IMG/VR virus record: IMGVR_UViG_3300044832_000053
Location: 1-64,000 of that record
DNA: 64,000 bases
From: a virus
Direction: 5' to 3' (one strand)
Shown here: positions 16,206 through 25,448 of the stretch, piece after piece
Layout: the number at the start of each line of letters is the position of its first letter
How positions within the stretch are numbered: the stretch's first letter is position 1
Made by a program: the position numbers and the translations under genes
The notes under the pieces: generated by a model
Databases searched by the model: none
The model's input: the letters and a program-made list of their open reading frames with translations, nothing else
What the model was told of the DNA's origin: nothing

Positions 16206-18692
16206 CTAGTAGACCGGGAGAACCCCGGCGAACTTCCTGGGCTGCTCGGGGCTTCCGAGGATCTCGGACCAGACGTCGTACGACTGCCCCGGAGTCAGGG
16301 TCACAACCCCGCCGGGGCCGACCAGGCACTGCGCGATATAGCCCTTCCCGGTGCCCCCGGCCAGCCAGGTGGCGGCGTACCAGGTGACCGGCTGGGCCGG
16401 GCGGTTCACGTTGCCGCTGGAGACGGGGAAGGCCGTCATCACCACGAGCCCCCCGGCGACCGGGTCGATCTTCGTGCCGTCCAGGTCAGAGGTCCAGGCA
16501 ACGTTGACTTCTTCCAGGCTGACGGAGGCTATGGGGTCGAAGTTAGTCATGATCACCTTCCACCTGAATTCTGCGGTAACGGCTGCCCATCGTCCACTTG
16601 CCGCGCTGGCCTGCCAGGCCGCCCGGGTCGCCTGGGCCGCCCACCTGGCAAATGCCGGTTGCACTTTCCAGCGTGGCGGGCCTGGACCGGCGGCCCAGGT
16701 GACCGTTCCGGTGACCCCGATGGCAACGAAGAACCCGGAGGCCCCCGAGGCTGAGAAGGCCGTAGCGGTCATGGAGACCGTCAGGGTCATAGTGCCCTGG
16801 GCGGCGCTGGGCGTGGCCGCTGTGCCCGCCAGGGCCTGCGCCAGGGCCAGAATCCCGGAGCCGCCCGAGGTACTGGATGCTGTCCCCGCCAGCGCCCAGG
16901 TGGTGCTGCCCGTGACGATCGTGAGCGCCCCGGTTCCCTCGCTGGCCGTGGCCGATGTTCCGGCCAGCGTCATGGGGGCGAAGGCACCTGAGGCCAGGCT
17001 GGCTGATGCTGCGGTCCCGGCCATGGCCATCAGCAGCGTGAGCGCCCCGGACGCCGCGCTGGCGCTGGCTGCCGTTCCCGCTGCCGGGATGAGCTGGGTG
17101 AGCGTGCCCGAGGCCCCGCTCGCGGCAGCCGCTGTCCCGGCCATGGCCTGGGTGAGCGTGAGCAGGCCCGAGGCCGAGCTGGCCGAGGCCGCTGTGCCCG
17201 CGATGACCGCCGGGCGCAGCGTGGTATCACCGGAGGCCGTGCTGGTGCTCGCGGCCGTGCCCGCCAGTGTCCAGGTCTGCGGGCCGGAGGTGAGCGTGAT
17301 CGCCCCGGTGGCGGAGCTGGTGGTGCTGGCCGTGCCCGCCAGTGTCATGGGGGTGAACGCGCCGGTAGCCGAGCTGGACGAGACAGATGTCCCGGCGAGG
17401 GCCATCAGCAGGGTCAGCGTGCCCGAGGCTGCACTGGCGTTCGATGCCGTGCCAGCCGCCGGGATGCGCTGGGTGATCGTGCCGGAGGCGGTGCTTGTGC
17501 TCGACGCCGTCCCGGAGATCAGCATCGGCGCGAGATTCAGCGTGCCCGAGGCTGAGCTGGGCGTGCTGGCCGTCCCGGCGATCACCGCCGGGGTGAGGGT
17601 CAGGTTGCCGCTGGCCGTGCTGGGCGTGCTGGCCGTGGCCGCCGCAGCCTCGATGAGATTCAGGGACCCGCTGGCAGAACTGGGCGTGCTCGCGGTCCCG
17701 GCCATGGTCTGCGGGGTGAAGGACCCGGACGCAGAGCTGGCTGAGCTGGCCGTCCCGGCCAGGGCCATGCCCAGGGTCAGGGTCCCGGATGCGGAGCTGG
17801 CATTGGCCGCCGTGCCAGCCGCAGGCACGGCCAGGTTCAGGGTCCCGCTGGCCGCAGACGTGTTCGAGGCGGTTCCGGCCAGGTCCCAGGTAACCGCCGA
17901 CGGGCCTGGATCTGCTGGCGGGGGCGTATAGAACGGGGTGACCCCGGGCAGGCCGGGCAGGCCCGGACGCCATCCGGGAGCCACGATGAGCCGGGGAGAC
18001 ACCATGGGCGCAGCCGTGCCAGCCGGGCCAAGGTAGCCCGTGGTGGACACACCGAAGTCGTCTATCCAGTACGGGCCGACCGCCGAGACTGGCGAGTTGG
18101 AGATCCCCCATCCGATGCTGCCAACCGACGCGCCCGTGTTCTGGGTTGCGGCGGATGTCTGGGTGTCCGAGGCGGTGGGATCGTCCAGCGTCGGGAACAG
18201 CTTGAACTCAAGCTGCCCCACGGTGGCCGAGGGGATGATGAAGCCCTCGATGCGGAACATCTGGTTGAGCGGGAACGTCGCGGCAGATGTCAGGATCGTG
18301 GAAGACCCCGAGTTCTGCATGATGATCTTGCCAGCGGTGTTGATCAGCAGCGCGCCGCACTGTGTCCCGGCCGAGGTGGTGGTCCAGAACGTCACCACCC
18401 GGGCGTTCGCCGCCGGGGACCCTGTGGCGTACAGGTAGACGCGGAACCATGTCTGGGCCTGCCCTGCGCCGAGTGAGGGCCCCCAGTAGGCGAAGCTGAA
18501 TGTGCCCGCCGCCGCCGAGCACTGGAGAGCCATTCCGCCGTGCGCGGTGTGCGCGCTGTCGGACGCCAGGACCGAGCCCGCGCCGATCGACGCCGTATCG
18601 ATGGCGTTCCCCGACGCGCCGCCCGAGTTTCCGGGGCTGATCGTGGTGCCGCTGGGGGTGATGCCCTCAAGGCTGTTGAGCAGGACAGGCAC
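16206..18692 (-). CDS. Virion fibre/adhesin-like protein: N-terminal beta-sandwich, ~19 Ala/Ser/Thr repeats, C-terminal domain
   Basis: 828 aa; AGTAxxxSxAxGxLTL repeats; tail-region position. Confidence 0.75.
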   Translation of the reverse strand: MPVLLNSLEGITPSGTTISPGNSGGASGNAIDTASIGAGSVLASDSAHTAHGGMALQCSAAAGTFSFAYWGPSLGAGQAQTWFRVYLYATGSPAANARVVTFWTTTSAGTQCGALLINTAGKIIMQNSGSSTILTSAATFPLNQMFRIEGFIIPSATVGQLEFKLFPTLDDPTASDTQTSAATQNTGASVGSIGWGISNSPVSAVGPYWIDDFGVSTTGYLGPAGTAAPMVSPRLIVAPGWRPGLPGLPGVTPFYTPPPADPGPSAVTWDLAGTASNTSAASGTLNLAVPAAGTAANASSASGTLTLGMALAGTASSASSASGSFTPQTMAGTASTPSSASGSLNLIEAAAATASTPSTASGNLTLTPAVIAGTASTPSSASGTLNLAPMLISGTASSTSTASGTITQRIPAAGTASNASAASGTLTLLMALAGTSVSSSSATGAFTPMTLAGTASTTSSATGAITLTSGPQTWTLAGTAASTSTASGDTTLRPAVIAGTAASASSASGLLTLTQAMAGTAAAASGASGTLTQLIPAAGTAASASAASGALTLLMAMAGTAASASLASGAFAPMTLAGTSATASEGTGALTIVTGSTTWALAGTASSTSGGSGILALAQALAGTAATPSAAQGTMTLTVSMTATAFSASGASGFFVAIGVTGTVTWAAGPGPPRWKVQPAFARWAAQATRAAWQASAASGRWAAVTAEFRWKVIMTNFDPIASVSLEEVNVAWTSDLDGTKIDPVAGGLVVMTAFPVSSGNVNRPAQPVTWYAATWLAGGTGKGYIAQCLVGPGGVVTLTPGQSYDVWSEILGSPEQPRKFAGVLPVY
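16730..17890 (-). repeat. Coding tandem repeat, ~60-bp unit, ~19 copies
   Basis: Counted from translation; boundaries approximate. Confidence 0.8.
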
Positions 18693-18725
18693 GGGGTCAC
18701 CGCCTCCCGTTCAGGCCGGGAGGGG

Positions 18726-19322
18726 CTAGCCGACTAGCTGGCAGGTGAATTCGTCTGCGGTGACACTGGTCAGCCCGGTGTTGGTGGCTACGGTCATGCC
18801 GAGCTGGGCGACCAGGTTGCCCTGCGTGTTCAGGCCGGTGATGGTGGCTGTCTGGGTCACGGTGCGTCCCGCGACAGTCGCTGGCAGGGGCTGGATAGCG
18901 AACGCCGTGAGTGAGGTTCCGGTCATGCACCAGCCCTGGCCGGTGATCTTGCCGGTGGTGGCGTTCTGCCCAACGGCGATCTCGTTGACCACGCCCCAGT
19001 AATCCATGATCCACGGGATGCCGGACACCGCGACGGCGGCCAGCGGGTTCGTCTCGGCCAGGATCGCGGCGGTCGCGGCCCCGATCAGCCCGCCCGGCGG
19101 AGACAGGTAGAAGCCCCACTTGAGAGTCGATGCCGTGGTGGTGGCGATGTAGCTACCCGAGGCATGCAGGTGGATTCGGGTGGACGAGATCAGCGCCCCG
19201 CCGGGAATCAGGTTCTGGATTGGCGAGATGTCGGTCAGGGTGGCCGTGGTGAACGAGGATGTGACCAGGCTGGAGTCGTTCTGCTCGGGCGAGGCCGGGG
19301 CGGTCCAGGAGGCAACAGGCAT
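18726..19322 (-). CDS. Putative minor virion protein
   Basis: Thr/Gly beta-rich; GGAGG RBS; TGATG coupling. Confidence 0.65.
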   Translation of the reverse strand: MPVASWTAPASPEQNDSSLVTSSFTTATLTDISPIQNLIPGGALISSTRIHLHASGSYIATTTASTLKWGFYLSPPGGLIGAATAAILAETNPLAAVAVSGIPWIMDYWGVVNEIAVGQNATTGKITGQGWCMTGTSLTAFAIQPLPATVAGRTVTQTATITGLNTQGNLVAQLGMTVATNTGLTSVTADEFTCQLVG

Positions 19323-19618
19323 CAGGAACCTCCTGCGTGGCCGAGCAGGATCAGGTCTGCCGGGCTGATCATCGCCTGGGCGCTGGTGCCCTTGTCCAGG
19401 CATTCGGTGCAGGCCACCAGGCCCCGGGTGGTCATGGCCGCATGGGTGCCGCACAGCCGCACCCGGCGGCGGTGGTTGTTCAGGCAGTACCGCAGCCACA
19501 GGCTGGCCGGGGTCGCACCGCACTCCTGCGCACCGGGCCCGGTTCCGCCAGCGCGGCATGGCTCCATGCGCGGCTCGTCCAGGCTGGGGACCCTGAAATC
19601 GAGATGCTGGATGCTCAT
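19322..19618 (-). CDS. Small Cys-rich protein
   Basis: Multiple Cys/His including CxxH and CxxC. Confidence 0.55.
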   Translation of the reverse strand: MSIQHLDFRVPSLDEPRMEPCRAGGTGPGAQECGATPASLWLRYCLNNHRRRVRLCGTHAAMTTRGLVACTECLDKGTSAQAMISPADLILLGHAGGS

Positions 19619-19621
19619 TGG

Positions 19622-20071
19622 TCAGACCTGGGCGGTGAAGGCGTTGGCAGCGGCCTGGACGGAGTCGCCCAGCAGCGGGGTACGCGGGGTGGTGACCAGG
19701 AACGCGCAGATCAGCTTGGCGGTGGTGCCCGACCCGGCCCCGGTGTTGTCGGTCAGCATGCCCCAGTTGATCGTCGTGCCGGGGGCGCTGGTGGTCGGGC
19801 CGAACGTGATCGTGCCCGTGTTCTTGATCACCGACGGGGATGCGGCGGTCGGGGTAACCGGGCCGAATGCGATCCGGGCATAGCCGGTCGCACCGTACTC
19901 GGTGGCTGCCGCCATGGTGGTGAAGGTGTTGTCCAGCGACCCGGAGGTGGCGTTGGTCAGCAGCGCCAGCCAGGCGGTGGACGCGGCCGGTCCCTGGGTG
20001 AGCCGGAATGTCTGGGCCAGGGCCTCCTGCTCCGCGAACGTCATGAGCTGCCCGGCAGAGATGGTGCTCAC
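19622..20071 (-). CDS. Tail fibre-associated structural protein
   Basis: LALLT...EY..TGYARIA...N...ITF...GTT. Confidence 0.75.
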   Translation of the reverse strand: MSTISAGQLMTFAEQEALAQTFRLTQGPAASTAWLALLTNATSGSLDNTFTTMAAATEYGATGYARIAFGPVTPTAASPSVIKNTGTITFGPTTSAPGTTINWGMLTDNTGAGSGTTAKLICAFLVTTPRTPLLGDSVQAAANAFTAQV

Positions 20072-20412
20072 GGGGTCACCTCACGGAAGTTCGCGGCGAA
20101 GAAATCAGGCTCGATGCTGGTGCGGCGCGGGTCCCCGTGCTTGTCGGACCACTCCACGATCTCCAGGTTGCGGCCCTCGTCCCGGCCGGTGTGCTCCACC
20201 TCGGTGCCGTGGGTCATGTCCAGGTCTTCCATCGTGCGGGAAAGGAACGCATCGAGTTCGGCCCGCTGCTCGTCGGTGGGGTTCATCACGTCCGCCACGG
20301 CCCGCAGTGCGTCCCCCCCGATCGGCTCCGCCAGCCGGTTGCCCAGGTGCTCGTCCGCATGGTGCTGGCCGAGGCCCAGCTCCATCGGGTGCTCGTACAC
20401 GTACCGGGTCAT
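20068..20412 (-). CDS. Hypothetical acidic protein
   Basis: GAGG RBS; coupled to next gene. Confidence 0.65.
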   Translation of the reverse strand: MTRYVYEHPMELGLGQHHADEHLGNRLAEPIGGDALRAVADVMNPTDEQRAELDAFLSRTMEDLDMTHGTEVEHTGRDEGRNLEIVEWSDKHGDPRRTSIEPDFFAANFREVTP

Positions 20413-20437
20413 GGCCTCACCCTAAGTCCTCTCATGA

Positions 20438-21586
20438 TCATCGGCCCTTCTTCTTCTTGTGCGTTGGCTGAGCCCGGACCGGCAGCCGGTCGATCGCTGC
20501 GGACAGCAGCGAGGCGAAGTCGTGCCGCATGCTCTCGAACGGGGTGACGGTGGCCACCCGCGCGGCGTCGTCCCACTCGTAATGCCCGACCAGGAACGTG
20601 ACCGGGCCCTTGGCCACCTCACCGGAGAAGGCGAAGTCGGACAGCAGTGCCCGGCACAGCATGACCGAGGCACCGTCCTGGTAGAAACACCCCGGGTCCA
20701 CCGGGACCCCGCCCATGTTGGTGAGCTGGCCGTACCTGAGGGTGAATGGGGCGGTGAAGCCAGCCCGGGTGAACCTCTTGAGCACCTGGTTGCCGACGCC
20801 CTGCGCAGACCCGGCGGTTTGCACCCCGGCGCTGGACAGGTCCGTGTAGTCCTCGATCCGGCCCTGGGCATCAATCCGGGCCTGGTTCACCACGCTGGTC
20901 AGGCCGTAAACGGCCTTGGCCGCGCCGTCGGCGGAGGACTGGTAGCGGAGGTAGATCGCGTCCGCACCCGAGGCGATCGTCTGGGCCTCGGGTGCGGTGG
21001 CGATCAGGATGCGGTTAGCCGTCGTGGGCAGCGCGAAGACGCTCAGCACGTTGCCCCGGCCGGTGGTGGTGACCTGCCAGGTCAGCCCGCCCTTGGAGCA
21101 GACCAGGTTGAGCAGGTCGGTGACCGTCTGTGAGCCGGAGTCAATCTGCTGGCCCATCCACATGCCAGAGGGGGAGCCGATACCTGGATTTACCCAGTTC
21201 AGGCCCCTTGCTATCGCCGCGTTGACCACGTTGTCCGGGGTGCCTGTGCCCCAGGTCCCGGTCCAGATAGCCCGGTAGTCAGCCCCGGTCGTGCCGTCGC
21301 CATGCGCGGTGATCGTCCAGCCGGTGTCGGAGGGTGATGGCTCATCCAGAATGCCGCTCCACACGATCGACCCGCCCCGGTAGGCCAGCACCGTGCGCCC
21401 TGTGTTGAGAGCTTCCGCGCGTACCCGGGGCGGCTTGTCCAGGGTGAGGCTCAGGGAATCGCATCCGCCGGGCGTGGTGAAACTGTAGACGGGCGGGGAG
21501 ACGTGCCCGAGGTGGGACAGCGACCGGCCGCTGATCGCCCCGCCACCGGGCGGGAAGGTCACGACATGGGTCAGCCCCGGCTGCAT
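20438..21586 (-). CDS. Minor tail (hub-like) protein
   Basis: YRGGSIVWSGILDEP; position after tape measure and distal-tail genes. Confidence 0.75.
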   Translation of the reverse strand: MQPGLTHVVTFPPGGGAISGRSLSHLGHVSPPVYSFTTPGGCDSLSLTLDKPPRVRAEALNTGRTVLAYRGGSIVWSGILDEPSPSDTGWTITAHGDGTTGADYRAIWTGTWGTGTPDNVVNAAIARGLNWVNPGIGSPSGMWMGQQIDSGSQTVTDLLNLVCSKGGLTWQVTTTGRGNVLSVFALPTTANRILIATAPEAQTIASGADAIYLRYQSSADGAAKAVYGLTSVVNQARIDAQGRIEDYTDLSSAGVQTAGSAQGVGNQVLKRFTRAGFTAPFTLRYGQLTNMGGVPVDPGCFYQDGASVMLCRALLSDFAFSGEVAKGPVTFLVGHYEWDDAARVATVTPFESMRHDFASLLSAAIDRLPVRAQPTHKKKKGR

Positions 21587-21589
21587 GTC

Positions 21590-21880
21590 TCAGATGCCGA
21601 TGAAGTGGTTGAGGTACAGCCGGTAGTCCTTGGGAGGCAGGGTCTGGGAATTCTGGACGGCCTGGTAGACCGCATGGATGTCATCGAGCATGCCCAGGAT
21701 GTTGGACTTCCCGGGCACGTCGCCCTGGTAGAACGCGGGCAGGTCCAGCGTCCCGGAGGCCAGCTCGGCGGCGCACCTGTCCCGGAGCTTCTCGGCCCGG
21801 TCACGCAGCAGCAGGAAGTCGGTGGCGATCTGGACGGCCGTGGATTCCAGGTTCGCCTTGGTGAAATTGTCCGTGGTCAT
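21590..21880 (-). CDS. Hypothetical protein
   Basis: AAGGAG RBS. Confidence 0.6.
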   Translation of the reverse strand: MTTDNFTKANLESTAVQIATDFLLLRDRAEKLRDRCAAELASGTLDLPAFYQGDVPGKSNILGMLDDIHAVYQAVQNSQTLPPKDYRLYLNHFIGI

Positions 21881-21890
21881 GCAGGGCTCC

Positions 21891-22361
21891 TTACAGATCG
21901 AGCGGGATGAGGACGTTGCAGTCAACCCGGGACGAGTTCACGAAGACCCCGAAGGTGTGGATCGTGCCATCCGCCTGCAACTCGAACCCGGCCATCTCCG
22001 CCGGGCCAGCCGTCGGGGTCCCGGGACCGCCCTTGACGTCGTAGGTCCATACCGGGAACCGCACGGCGGTGGCGGGCTGGTAGAAGGAGGCCAGCGCCGT
22101 GGTGACGATCTGGGTGCCATCCGCCACGGTGCCCGGGGTCAGCAGCTTCGCGGACAGGTACAGCCAGTTGGTCCCGTTGATGGTCCAGTGCTGGTACTTA
22201 AACCAGCCAGAGCCCTTGCCCCAGCCGTTGGACATGGCCGAGGTGTCATTCCAGTTCCCGATGGTCACGGTCGGCCCGGCCGGGGCGGCCTCCAGCGCGG
22301 CCACCCGGGCCACCAGCGCGTCGATCCGGGCGGCGTTGTCGTAACTCTTCTCGCTGGTCAT
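21891..22361 (-). CDS. Minor tail protein (coiled coil plus beta tip)
   Basis: RIDALVARVAALE heptads; NGW...YQP; ATGA overlap. Confidence 0.65.
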   Translation of the reverse strand: MTSEKSYDNAARIDALVARVAALEAAPAGPTVTIGNWNDTSAMSNGWGKGSGWFKYQHWTINGTNWLYLSAKLLTPGTVADGTQIVTTALASFYQPATAVRFPVWTYDVKGGPGTPTAGPAEMAGFELQADGTIHTFGVFVNSSRVDCNVLIPLDL

Positions 22362-25300
22362 GCCAGCCGCTCCGTCCACCACTGCGGCGGGTAGAACGCG
22401 GTGAGCCCGGGTGCACCCTGGGCGGAGTAGGCGAACAGCCGGTTGCTGGAGTCCGGGTAGACCGCCAGCGGCCCGCCGGAGAACCGCTCGGCGTACTGGA
22501 GGATCGAGGCGGCCTGGTCCCGGTCGGCGTTGGACCCGAGGATGCGGCCCAGGTCCCGGGTGGCGTCCGGCTGGTCGATCCAGATGTTGTTGTAGATCGT
22601 CGCCCCGCCGATGTTGACCAGCACCAGGGACCCCTTGGTGTCGATCAGGATCAGGTCCAGGAAGCGGTCCGCAGTCAGGGTGGATGTCACGGTCGCCGCG
22701 AAGTAGGCCGACACTGAGCCGGGGGGCAGATCAGCCAGCGGGAGGGTGACCGGGCCCATGTCCACGAAGGTCTGGGTGCCGGTCAGGTCGGTGGTCGGGG
22801 TCAGGCCCTTGCGGGACACGTTGAGGGTGGCCGCCGTGCCCCCGGTGTAGGGGTACTGGCGGATCTGCACGGTCAGGTCCCGGGAGCTGGACGGGGCGGA
22901 GAACGTGCTGGCCACCAGGTACATCGTGTAGGTGCCGTCGTAGCGGGCGTTCAGGTTCCCGATGTCCGGGATCGGGTATTCCGTGGCCCCGTTGGGGGTG
23001 TCAGCGCCGTTACCCACCGGGCACAGCGGGTTGAACAGGTCGGGGGCATCCCGGGGCGGGGAGTGGATCAGCAGGCTCTGGAGTGGCAGCAGGCCGGTCG
23101 CGCCATAGGACAGCCGGACCCGGCCATCACGCCCGGCCGCCCCGGCGTTGGACCCGGAGATCTTTGCCCCGCCGCCGCCGCCGCCGCCGGGGCCCTTGCT
23201 GGGCTGGCTGCCCGCGTGCGGGGAACCTGAGACCGTGAACCCGCCCTCGCCGCCGGGCCCGCCATCGAACACGGCCGTGGCAGCGGAGCGGTCCGTCGCG
23301 TCCCGGCCGCCTGAGGCCGACCCGCCGGAGGACCCGCCGCCGCCGCCCCGGTTCCCGTTCCCGTTGACGTTGTTCTGCGCGCCATCCCCGCCGTCGTAGT
23401 GGGAATAGTTGGACGAGCCGGTTCCCCCCTTGCCGCCGCCCCAGGTCGCGGACTGCCAGCCACCCCGGCCGCCATGGCCGCGCACGGTCGGCCCGGAGTC
23501 CCCGGCGAACGTGGAGTCCCCGGCGTTGTTTCCCCCGTTGCCCACAGAGCCACCGGACCCGGCCGCACCGACCACCGGGTGATAGGTGGCCAGCGCGGTG
23601 ACCGGGATGTTGAGGTCCATGGCATACTCGCCCGCGCCGCCGCCTCCGCCTCCGCCCGTGCCGGAGCCCTCGCCAGCCCCGCCAGCGCCGCCTCCCCACG
23701 TCTCGGCCTTGTCCACCTTGGTGAGCCCGGCAGGCGCGGTCCAGTTCTGGGTGCCGCCCGTGATGAAGTCGGCCACGGTGCTGAACGAGCTGGGCCCCGG
23801 GGCGGCCTGGATGGCCAGGGGGGCCCTCGCAGTGCCGACCACGCCGGGCAGGAAGTACCAGCCGCCCCGGGGGCCTGGTGTCCCGGTGGTCGTCGGCACG
23901 GCCTGCACCAGGTTGAAGTAGGCCCCGGACTGGAGAACCTGCTGGCCAGAGAGACCCGTGTCGGGATTGACCTTGGGGTTCCACAGGTTCCACGCCTTGA
24001 TCACGTACCGGGACACGGTGGTGTAGTCGAACCCGCTGGCCATCTGGGGTACATGCACGGAGACGTACTGCCAGTGCGGGCTGTTCTCCAGCGCGCTGGC
24101 GTGGCAGACCCGCTTAACCCCGAACGACAGTGAGGCCCCGGCGGCGTCGTACAGGGTGATCGCGAAATGCACGGTGCCCCGGTGCCAGACCGGCCACTGG
24201 TTGGAGCTGGTTCCGAGCCCGAACCAGAAGCCCCACTTGGTCCGGCCGGTGATGTCTACGGCGGCGGCCAGCACGTGGTCATAGACCGGGTAGTCCTTCC
24301 AGCGCCGGGTCCACTTGGCGCTGAACGAGCCGAACGCGGCGGTGCCAGCGCGGGACCAGGACCAGGAGTCGTTGGAGCTGTAGACCGCGCCCCGGTCCAT
24401 GGTCACGTCGTCTGTGAAGTGCTGCTCACCGCCTGCGGCGGTGGACACTACCTGCGGGTTGGCCCGCGCGTAGGCTGTCCCGCCCGGGGCGGTGACCGCA
24501 GCGGTTGCCTGGGTCTGCCCCACGGTGGTGTCGGTGATGTTCGAGCCGCGCAGGGTGGACCCGATCTGGGTGCCGTTGATGTCGTAGAAGTCGGCCCCGA
24601 TGTTGCATGAGCGGCCCACGGTGGCGGCCCGGAACCACGCCTTGAGGTTGACCGTGTCGCCCGCGTTGCACTTCATGCCCAGCCCGGGAACGCCAGTCAG
24701 GGTGTCGAACACCTGCGCAGCCCCGCAGGATGCGGCCTGCATGTTCCCGGCCGCCACCGACGTCAGGCTCAGGCTGGCCACGCCGGAGTGGAACTGGGCC
24801 GTGGACCGTGCAATGGTCGCGTTGCCTGCGCCGGTCCAGTTGGCGATCCCGGCCTCGAAGGTGGAGGCATCCCCGGTCAGGAAGCTGGAGGCCACGGAGT
24901 GGTCGTCAATGAGCACCGTGCTCGGCGGGGCGGTCCACACCTGGGATGGCGAGTTGAACTGGACAACTTCCTGGGTGTCGCTGCGGCCGTAGGGGAACGC
25001 CTGGAAAGTGACGTCCACCAGGGAGAACAGGGCTTCCTCGGTGAGGATCGAGTAGTGGACCACCACGGTGGACAGCCCCATGCAGTCCATGATCAGCGGC
25101 TCCGCGCCATCCCGGGTCCAGGTCAGCTCCCAGTTGTCCTGGGACACGGTCTGGAGCAGCAGCTCGCGGGCCCCGGCCAGGGTGGCGCGGTCGGCCTGGG
25201 CGTTGCCGGTGGACGGGACGTACATCACCACGGGGATGGTGGGCGTGCGGTTGGAGGCCCGGACCCCCGTGACCACCTCGCCGTCGAGCAGCAGCCCGGC

Positions 25301-25444
25301 CACCTGCTCGTTGGTGAGCTGCGGCGCGGACAGGTCGAACGAGGTGCCGAGCCGGAAGTACGCGCCGGGGCACTGCGGGTGGACCGAGGCCACGCCGCCG
25401 CCGAGCAGCTCGATGACGCCGCCGAGGACCAGGGAGTCAGTCAC
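22358..25444 (-). CDS. Large minor tail protein (distal-tail-like, with carbohydrate-binding-like and glycine-rich inserts)
   Basis: Directly after tape measure; FQAFPYGRS; STFEAGIANW CBM-like segment; WGGGAGG...G.DG.VRLSY Gly-rich domain. Confidence 0.8.
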   Translation of the reverse strand: MTDSLVLGGVIELLGGGVASVHPQCPGAYFRLGTSFDLSAPQLTNEQVAGLLLDGEVVTGVRASNRTPTIPVVMYVPSTGNAQADRATLAGARELLLQTVSQDNWELTWTRDGAEPLIMDCMGLSTVVVHYSILTEEALFSLVDVTFQAFPYGRSDTQEVVQFNSPSQVWTAPPSTVLIDDHSVASSFLTGDASTFEAGIANWTGAGNATIARSTAQFHSGVASLSLTSVAAGNMQAASCGAAQVFDTLTGVPGLGMKCNAGDTVNLKAWFRAATVGRSCNIGADFYDINGTQIGSTLRGSNITDTTVGQTQATAAVTAPGGTAYARANPQVVSTAAGGEQHFTDDVTMDRGAVYSSNDSWSWSRAGTAAFGSFSAKWTRRWKDYPVYDHVLAAAVDITGRTKWGFWFGLGTSSNQWPVWHRGTVHFAITLYDAAGASLSFGVKRVCHASALENSPHWQYVSVHVPQMASGFDYTTVSRYVIKAWNLWNPKVNPDTGLSGQQVLQSGAYFNLVQAVPTTTGTPGPRGGWYFLPGVVGTARAPLAIQAAPGPSSFSTVADFITGGTQNWTAPAGLTKVDKAETWGGGAGGAGEGSGTGGGGGGGAGEYAMDLNIPVTALATYHPVVGAAGSGGSVGNGGNNAGDSTFAGDSGPTVRGHGGRGGWQSATWGGGKGGTGSSNYSHYDGGDGAQNNVNGNGNRGGGGGSSGGSASGGRDATDRSAATAVFDGGPGGEGGFTVSGSPHAGSQPSKGPGGGGGGGAKISGSNAGAAGRDGRVRLSYGATGLLPLQSLLIHSPPRDAPDLFNPLCPVGNGADTPNGATEYPIPDIGNLNARYDGTYTMYLVASTFSAPSSSRDLTVQIRQYPYTGGTAATLNVSRKGLTPTTDLTGTQTFVDMGPVTLPLADLPPGSVSAYFAATVTSTLTADRFLDLILIDTKGSLVLVNIGGATIYNNIWIDQPDATRDLGRILGSNADRDQAASILQYAERFSGGPLAVYPDSSNRLFAYSAQGAPGLTAFYPPQWWTERLA

Positions 25445-25448
25445 GGGT

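Noticed and set aside
16730-17890. Periodic DNA repeats as CRISPR array
   Set aside because: Degenerate in-frame coding repeats with no unique spacers
16351-17931. Long antisense ORFs (also 33825-35156, 40426-42165, 46985-48439, 7145-8449)
   Set aside because: Shadow frames of real genes, expected at high GC; no motifs or RBS
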